From Octopus vulgaris (Eukaryota), in the NCBI GenBank assembly GCA_951406725.2, contig OX597836.1, positions 25,916,001 to 25,980,000 on the forward strand: a stretch of 64,000 nucleotides of DNA, written 5' to 3'. Below the pieces are notes generated by a model. The model was not told where the DNA came from. It searched no databases and was given only the letters and a program-made list of their open reading frames with translations. The position numbers and the translations under genes were made by a program. Positions 57,823 to 64,000 of this stretch are shown piece after piece; the stretch's first letter is position 1; each line of letters starts with the position of its first letter.

Positions 57823-57823
<1 letters not shown>
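57562..57823 (+). mobile_element. Mariner-derived MITE
   Basis: Imperfect TIRs cgaggaagtgctggaaagt / tgaggtgtgctgaaaagt in TA context; retains KRLKDRCNKRVNLRGKYVE* transposase tail. Confidence 0.8.
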
Positions 57824-57907
<84 letters not shown>

Positions 57908-59390
57908 TGTGTGTGTGTATTTATGTGTATATATATACATAGAGAGAGAGAGAGGAAAGGATGGAGGGGTGGATATCATTGTTCAATTTTATTTCAAGAT
58001 TTCTTGCCAATAGATTATACAGTTGGTTTCTAGCGTAGATCCAAGGCTCCTTCATTGGAATATCAACATCAACAACAGGGCATTTTTGTTTGTTTGTATG
58101 TATGTATATGTACAGATTTGTATAATTTGTTTTATGTATGTATTCTCACGCATATGAAGACATGCGCATATTTAAATGATAAACTTCTAGAAAGTTTTAC
58201 AGATTTTTACAGTTCCAGTAATGGATTAGATCTGTAGGCTTCGAATTAGCTTTCTGGTTTTACGAAGCCTAATTTCGCAATATTGGTATTTAGGCAGTGT
58301 GATACATGTCCCAGGACCCCAATAATTACAGGTATAAACTTGAACTTGGAATCTGGATAGAGTAACTGCTGATTTCGTATGTATGCATGTACATATATAT
58401 AAAGCACGTGACTTTTCCATGTCCAATGCTAAAGAGGAGATAACTATCTCGAACTGCATGCATGCTTTGATCTGGATAGAGGTCGCTTTGAATTCACTTC
58501 GTGCGTTACGTCTTTTTGTCTACAGTGAGATTTTTTCTCCATGACAACAAGCAGTGAATGGCTTTCATGCTTGTTCGAATATGCCTTAAGCAAATTTGAA
58601 CTGATTACAAGTGTTTGAGTGTGTGTATGTGTGTGTCTGTGTGTGTTTGTATGCATATATAATATATGAAACAGAAAGAGAGTATGTATGTGTTTATGTG
58701 TGTGTACGTGTATGGGCATGTGTATGTGTGCGCATCTGCGTGTGTATGTAAACAGAGATAGTGTGCGCGCGCTCAAAGAAACAAAATGCTGTCATTGTTT
58801 GTCAAAGATGTCCATCTGTCAAATCACTCAACCAAACAAAGCCAGAGAGAGAGAGAAAGAGAGAGGCAGTGGGGAGAGGGAGAGAGAATAAAGAGACAGA
58901 CAGACAGACGGAAAGAAAGTAATGGAAGGAGAGAAAGGGATATTGATTAACTGATGTTTGTGAATTACTCTAAATTAGGATTTAGCATGTAATCTGTTTG
59001 ATAAACTATTATTTCATGAGATGAAAGGATATCAAAATAGCTATGTCATTCCCCAATATCCTAAACTAATGATATCGAATAAATAGCAAAATCAAGAAAC
59101 CAATCGTAACGTTGATCGATTTGTTTCGTCATCAGAATATTAGATTAAAAGAATGAGTGATTTTTAATGCAACCCTCCCTTGTCAAATTCTTGATTAGCC
59201 AAATGATATATGACTAGAATGAAACGAGTGCGATGTTTAATCATATGAACTTATAAAGCGGAGAGCCGACGAGAGAGCCGCCGTGATATGCTCGTTTTTA
59301 TGCTAGAAAAAGCAGCCAAATAATCTTCGATTCACGTAAACAGCGTTCTGAAAAAAGAAGGTTGTGCACATTGGATATTGTGATTAAAAT

Positions 59391-59795
59391 AGACGCAGGT
59401 CTGGTTGTGTGGTTGACAAGCTTGTTTCCCAACCCTGTAATCTTGAGTTCAATCCTACTGTGCTGCATCTTCGACAAGTATCTTCTGCTACAAACCTAAG
59501 ATGACCAAAGCCTTTCAGAGTTGATTTGGGAGACGGAACTAAATGTGTGTGTGTGTGTGTATGTCTGCATGTATCGTCGTATTTGGGTAGTATTTGCCCT
59601 CTTCCACTGCTTGACAACCGGTATTTGTTTGTTTACGCTCCCATAACTTAGCTCTTCGGCAAAAGACACCGATAGAATAAGTACCAGACTGAAAAAGAAA
59701 CTAAGTACGAGAGTCGATTTGTTCGATCAAACCTTTCAAAGTGGTGCACCAGCATGGCCACAGCCCAATGATTGAAACAAATAAAAGATAAAAAA
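59391..59795 (+). mobile_element. SINE family A, older full-length copy
   Basis: A box tggttgtgtgg, B box gagttcaatcc, tail ggtgcaccagcatggccacag. Confidence 0.85.
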
Positions 59796-60229
59796 ATACG
59801 TTTTAAAAGGCGTGATGGTCAAAGCTGGAATGGATTTTTATCGTACGTGAACAGGGATCAGATATTGTCGGCTTTGACTCAGGGTTAAACAACAACAACA
59901 GCAACAACAACTGCAACAATAACAACAACAACAACAGCATATCAAAGGCAGTGCGAACATCAATGACATTAGTTACAGGCGACACACAAAGGGACATAAC
60001 TCGTAAATGGTTGATTAATTTATCAAACAAAATGGCAGAACTGCATTTACATTTGTTTCGTTTAAACATCAAACACACGACGAAATATCTTAATGATGTT
60101 TAACACTGATAAAAGCTCTTGATGCCGTTATCTGCTCTTTTATCTACTATAATGTTTGCTCACTTAGCGTGTTGTTCATTTTTAACTATTACTGTTATCA
60201 TTACTATTATCATTATAATTCAATAGACT

Positions 60230-60390
60230 TATTTTTATTACGTGCTTTCACTACACTGCCGAGCGCAGTGGTTTGTTTTGGTGTTGTTATTTTCGCTGCA
60301 TTAAAAGTGCTTTGCGCAAGATATGTGCGGTGTCTAGAAGTTCTATTTTCTGTATGTTATACAGATTCTGTATATATTCTCTATATATAA
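60230..60390 (-). mobile_element. R4/Dong-like LINE 3' end
   Basis: LYNIQKIELLDTAHILRKAL; homologous to 62440-62690. Confidence 0.75.
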
Positions 60391-60481
60391 CAAGGAACTC
60401 AGATAGACAGTACTTTACGCGTCCCCTAGACACACTATCTTCAATCAACAACCTTAAGATATTGTATACTGTGTGACGTAG

Positions 60482-60599
<118 letters not shown>

Positions 60600-60894
60600 G
60601 TTTCTGCAAGTGCTCCACCCTTATTGCAGCCCCTATTTGTTCCACGTACTTCTCGAGATTTTTGCTCCCTGTTCCCAGGGCTCCGAAAATTACTGGTACT
60701 GCTGATACCTCTTTCATCGGCCACAACTGCTTAACTTCCCAAGCTAACCTGTCATATCTCTCGACTTTTCTTTCTTCCTTATCGCATACCTTGTTGTCCG
60801 CTGGGCATGCTATATCTATGATCCAGCATAGTTTGCTTTCTATCTCAATTTAGACTGTGTCTCGCTTCCTATTCTCTATCTCATGGTCGCACTA

Positions 60895-60895
<1 letters not shown>
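60600..60895 (-). mobile_element. R4/Dong-like LINE restriction-like endonuclease fragment
   Basis: CDHEIENRKRD...IIDIACPAD...KEERKVERYDRL...PVIFGALG...LQK. Confidence 0.85.
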
Positions 60896-60956
<61 letters not shown>

Positions 60957-60972
60957 ATCATCATCATCATCA

Positions 60973-61006
<34 letters not shown>

Positions 61007-61019
61007 CATTATTATTATA

Positions 61020-61236
61020 GACGTCGCACAGTATACAATATCGTGAGGTTGTTAATTGAAGACACTGTGTCTAAGAGGGTGGGGTTGTAGTGTTTGTCAT
61101 GTGACATGAAGGAACTCACACAGACAGTACTTTACGCGAGGTCCTTGTCACTTGACAAACAATACTAAGTCCGCTCCCTCGGTAGACACAATATCTTCAA
61201 TCAACAACCTCACGATATTGATTACTGTGTGACGTC
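61020..61236. mobile_element. MITE with ~55-bp TIRs and TA TSD; half copy at 60391-60480
   Basis: gacgtcgcacagtatacaatatcgtgaggttgtt...aacaacctcacgatattgattactgtgtgacgtc. Confidence 0.8.
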
Positions 61237-61237
61237 T

Positions 61238-61323
61238 ATTATAATAATAATAATATAATAATAATAATTATTATTATTATTATTATTATTATAATTATTG
61301 TTATTATTATTATTATTATTGTT

Positions 61324-61354
<31 letters not shown>

Positions 61355-61406
61355 GTATTATTATTATCGTCATTATCATCATCATTATCATTATTATTAG
61401 TATTAC

Positions 61407-61437
<31 letters not shown>

Positions 61438-61646
61438 ATTATTATTAATATTATTGTTATTATTGTTGTTGTTTTTGTTGTTGTTATCATTATTATTATT
61501 ATTATCGTCATTATCATCATCATTATCATTATTATTAGTATTACTATTATTATTATTATTATTATTATTGTTGTTGTTTTTGTTGTTATTATTATTATTA
61601 TTATTATCGTCATTATCATCATCATTATCATTATTATTAGTATTAC

Positions 61647-61683
<37 letters not shown>

Positions 61684-61790
61684 GTTGTTGTTGTTGTTGT
61701 TGTTGTTGCTGTTGTTGTTATTAATATTATTGTTATTATCATTACCTGTTATTGTTGTTATTGTTGTTGTCGTTGTTGTTGTTGCTGTAT
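61238..61790. repeat. (ATT)n/(GTT)n/(CAT)n compound repeat with a triplicated higher-order unit
   Basis: atcgtcattatcatcatcattatcattattattagtattact occurs three times. Confidence 0.9.
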
Positions 61791-61799
61791 ATTATACGA

Positions 61800-62420
61800 A
61801 CTGTTCTAAGTCTCACCCAGAGACCTTAAGTGACAGCATGTTTGACGTTTTACTAATGATGTCATTCATGTTTAATAATTTCGTCTATTGTCGGGAAATG
61901 AGACGACATTCTGCAAGCTACGATCCAATTAAATTTGTAATATTTCGATTTCGAAAGAATTTTAAACGAATCAGGTACTCTCAGGTTGTCAAGTGTTTTT
62001 CTTAGGAGTTTGACACTCCCCATGAGAACAAAGTGATGCAGTTCTGATAATTTGGTGTTTCCTGGCATTTGGCCATAGTGTTCAAGAGTGTTTGATATTG
62101 TCCCCCAAAACGCCGACTATCACAGTTACCGTTGTCGTTCTTAGAAGCCACATTTGTGAAGCTTCTATTTCAAGTTCCTTGTATTTCTGAACTTATTCAA
62201 AAGTGTTACGGTCTGCTGTGGGTGACCAAACTATAAACAATCAGGCTTTGTCAACGCAGTTTTTAACCTTAGTATCTGGTCTATTGGCCTGCATAGTTCG
62301 ATCAGTTTCAATACTAAACTCCCACCAGTTGCTCTTATACTGCAGTTCAAACTCATGGCATATGATGCAGTACAAATACTCGCCAAGTCTACCATGGCGA
62401 TTATTAATATCATCATCATT
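61800..62420 (-). mobile_element. R4/Dong-like LINE 3' region
   Basis: RHGRLGEYLY, DRTMQANRPD, KYKELEIE...MW...VIVGVLG, LMGSVKLLRKTL. Confidence 0.85.
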
Positions 62421-62439
62421 CAGTAGTCTCATTTTTATC

Positions 62440-62690
62440 ACGTGTTTTCACTGCACTACCAAGCGCAGCTCTGTGTGCCTTGGGTAAGTATTGTGGTTTG
62501 CTGTGATACTCTTATGGTTACTTTACTGAAAGTGTTTTACGTAGGAAGTGTGCAGTGCCTAGTAGTGCTGTTTTTTGTATGTTATATATATTTGTTAGTC
62601 CTGGTGTTTTTGTTATGTATTTGACTGAATATTTTATACCTAATGCACCTATTGCGATAGGAATTGTTTCCGATTTTAGACTCCACATTC
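62440..62690 (-). mobile_element. R4/Dong-like LINE 3' end
   Basis: MWSLKSETIPIAIGALG...IQKTALLGTAHFLRKTL. Confidence 0.85.
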
Positions 62691-62784
62691 AAGGTTTTTG
62701 TGTTTTGAAAGTTTCTTCATTTCTTTTGGAGAAACATTGCCATCTGTTGATATTGATACGTCGATTATTATTATTATTATTATT

Positions 62785-63017
62785 GAGTGAGAGAGCAGTT
62801 CATGCTATCAAAGTGACACTGGGGTAAAATATACGATGCCCAATATACCCATCATGACTACCCGTCTGATAAGGGTACACCAGGCACTTGTATCACAACC
62901 ATATGTGCGCGACATGGTGATCTCATATCAAGGTAAACAGCGCATGACCTTGCAGGTGGGGCCCAGTTACCCTTGTAATGTTCACCACATAACGCTTTTG
63001 CGGAATATAAAGAAACG
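62785..63017. mobile_element. Interspersed repeat inside (ATT)n, possibly a LINE 3' UTR
   Basis: Complex block bounded by ATT repeats. Confidence 0.35.
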
Positions 63018-63115
<98 letters not shown>

Positions 63116-63699
63116 CGCAGCAGCAGCAACATCACTATCATCGTTGTGGTAGCTATTTTCTGTGAATGGCGGATTGGGGTACTCCGTAGAATAGAATTTA
63201 CCACGTTTTACTAGATAAAGAAAAGTATTACATTTTTTTTTTATAGTTTCATTTGCCAATTGAATAATATCAGCGTTCACTTTGCAATCTTGACTTGAGA
63301 AATTAATATTTCTTTCCTTAGACAATTGTTTTACTTTTAATATTTTTTTTTATCCGTATTTGAACATGGGTTCTTCTGGAGAAGAAGAAAGCATAGCCGC
63401 AAACGCAGCAGTAACATTTTTAGACAAAAAAGACAGATTTATTTTTTAAATAAAGTTAAAATTAAAATGACAGTTGCAAAGGCAGGCACATTGGGGAAAA
63501 AATATACTTTCGTAATTTATCACACATCAACGGTGATATTCAAACTTTTTTTTTAACAACGAACACAAAAAAAAAACCAATGTTATTTTGAATCAGCTCG
63601 TGTAAAAAAGGACTTGGAGAGGCATGTCACAAAAATGTTGTGCATCTTTGATGGTGGTTTTATCACGGAAAAAGCAAAGATGGAAGTGACATAGTTATA

Positions 63700-63960
63700 A
63701 TGTCTAAAAATGTGAGCACCTTCTATATGCCCCCGAAAGGATTAGAAGAGGCACTGGCCAATGTATGGAATGATATGTGCTCCGTGGATGGTAGTGGGAC
63801 GTAAGGAAGTTTATACTTGAGCTTGAAGATTGAGGGGCCGTGAGGAAATAGAAGGAGCTGGTGATGCAATATATACAGACACGAGTCATGAGAGAAACAA
63901 AAGAAGGGCAGTTGATGATCTCGTAATTAACACGTTATACATTAAGATCAGGTGGGGGTC
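63700..63960 (-). mobile_element. Possible Penelope-like GIY-YIG relic
   Basis: CIYCITSS resembles the VIYCITC..C motif; otherwise decayed. Confidence 0.35.
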
Positions 63961-64000
63961 CATCAGACGAGTTATACTGGGAAAAAATTGGTGATTATTA

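Noticed and set aside
63201-63209. 9-nt minus-strand microexon (tctag|TAAAACGTG|gtaaat) and a 24-nt one near 28586
   Set aside because: Splice signals are weak enough to be expected by chance in AT-rich DNA.

Overview
AT-rich, microsatellite-saturated eukaryotic DNA. The repeat families (three tRNA-derived SINE families, Penelope-like relics, R4/Dong, CR1/L2-like and RTE LINE fragments, mariner/Tc1 relics, non-autonomous Helitrons) look like a coleoid cephalopod, most likely Octopus; this taxon call is inferred from repeat recognition only. No intact protein-coding gene is visible. Almost all ORFs in the track are translated microsatellites and the rest are decayed transposon ORFs. The window reads as intergenic DNA or a very large intron; a few minus-strand microexon candidates (best 46052-46077) hint at the latter. 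Most notable: (1) several minimal hammerhead-ribozyme-like motifs with palindromic stem-III loops, some with non-canonical cores or long stem-II inserts; (2) a LINE and a SINE sharing a two-hairpin 3' end with compensatory changes; (3) a SINE that recurrently multimerises at one fixed hairpin junction (six 184-bp units at 8251-9353); (4) a site apparently hit serially by about five SINE insertions, each followed by the same 20-bp target; (5) fold-back inverted duplications. I found no clear new multi-gene system. SINE labels A/B/C and repeat D are my own working names.
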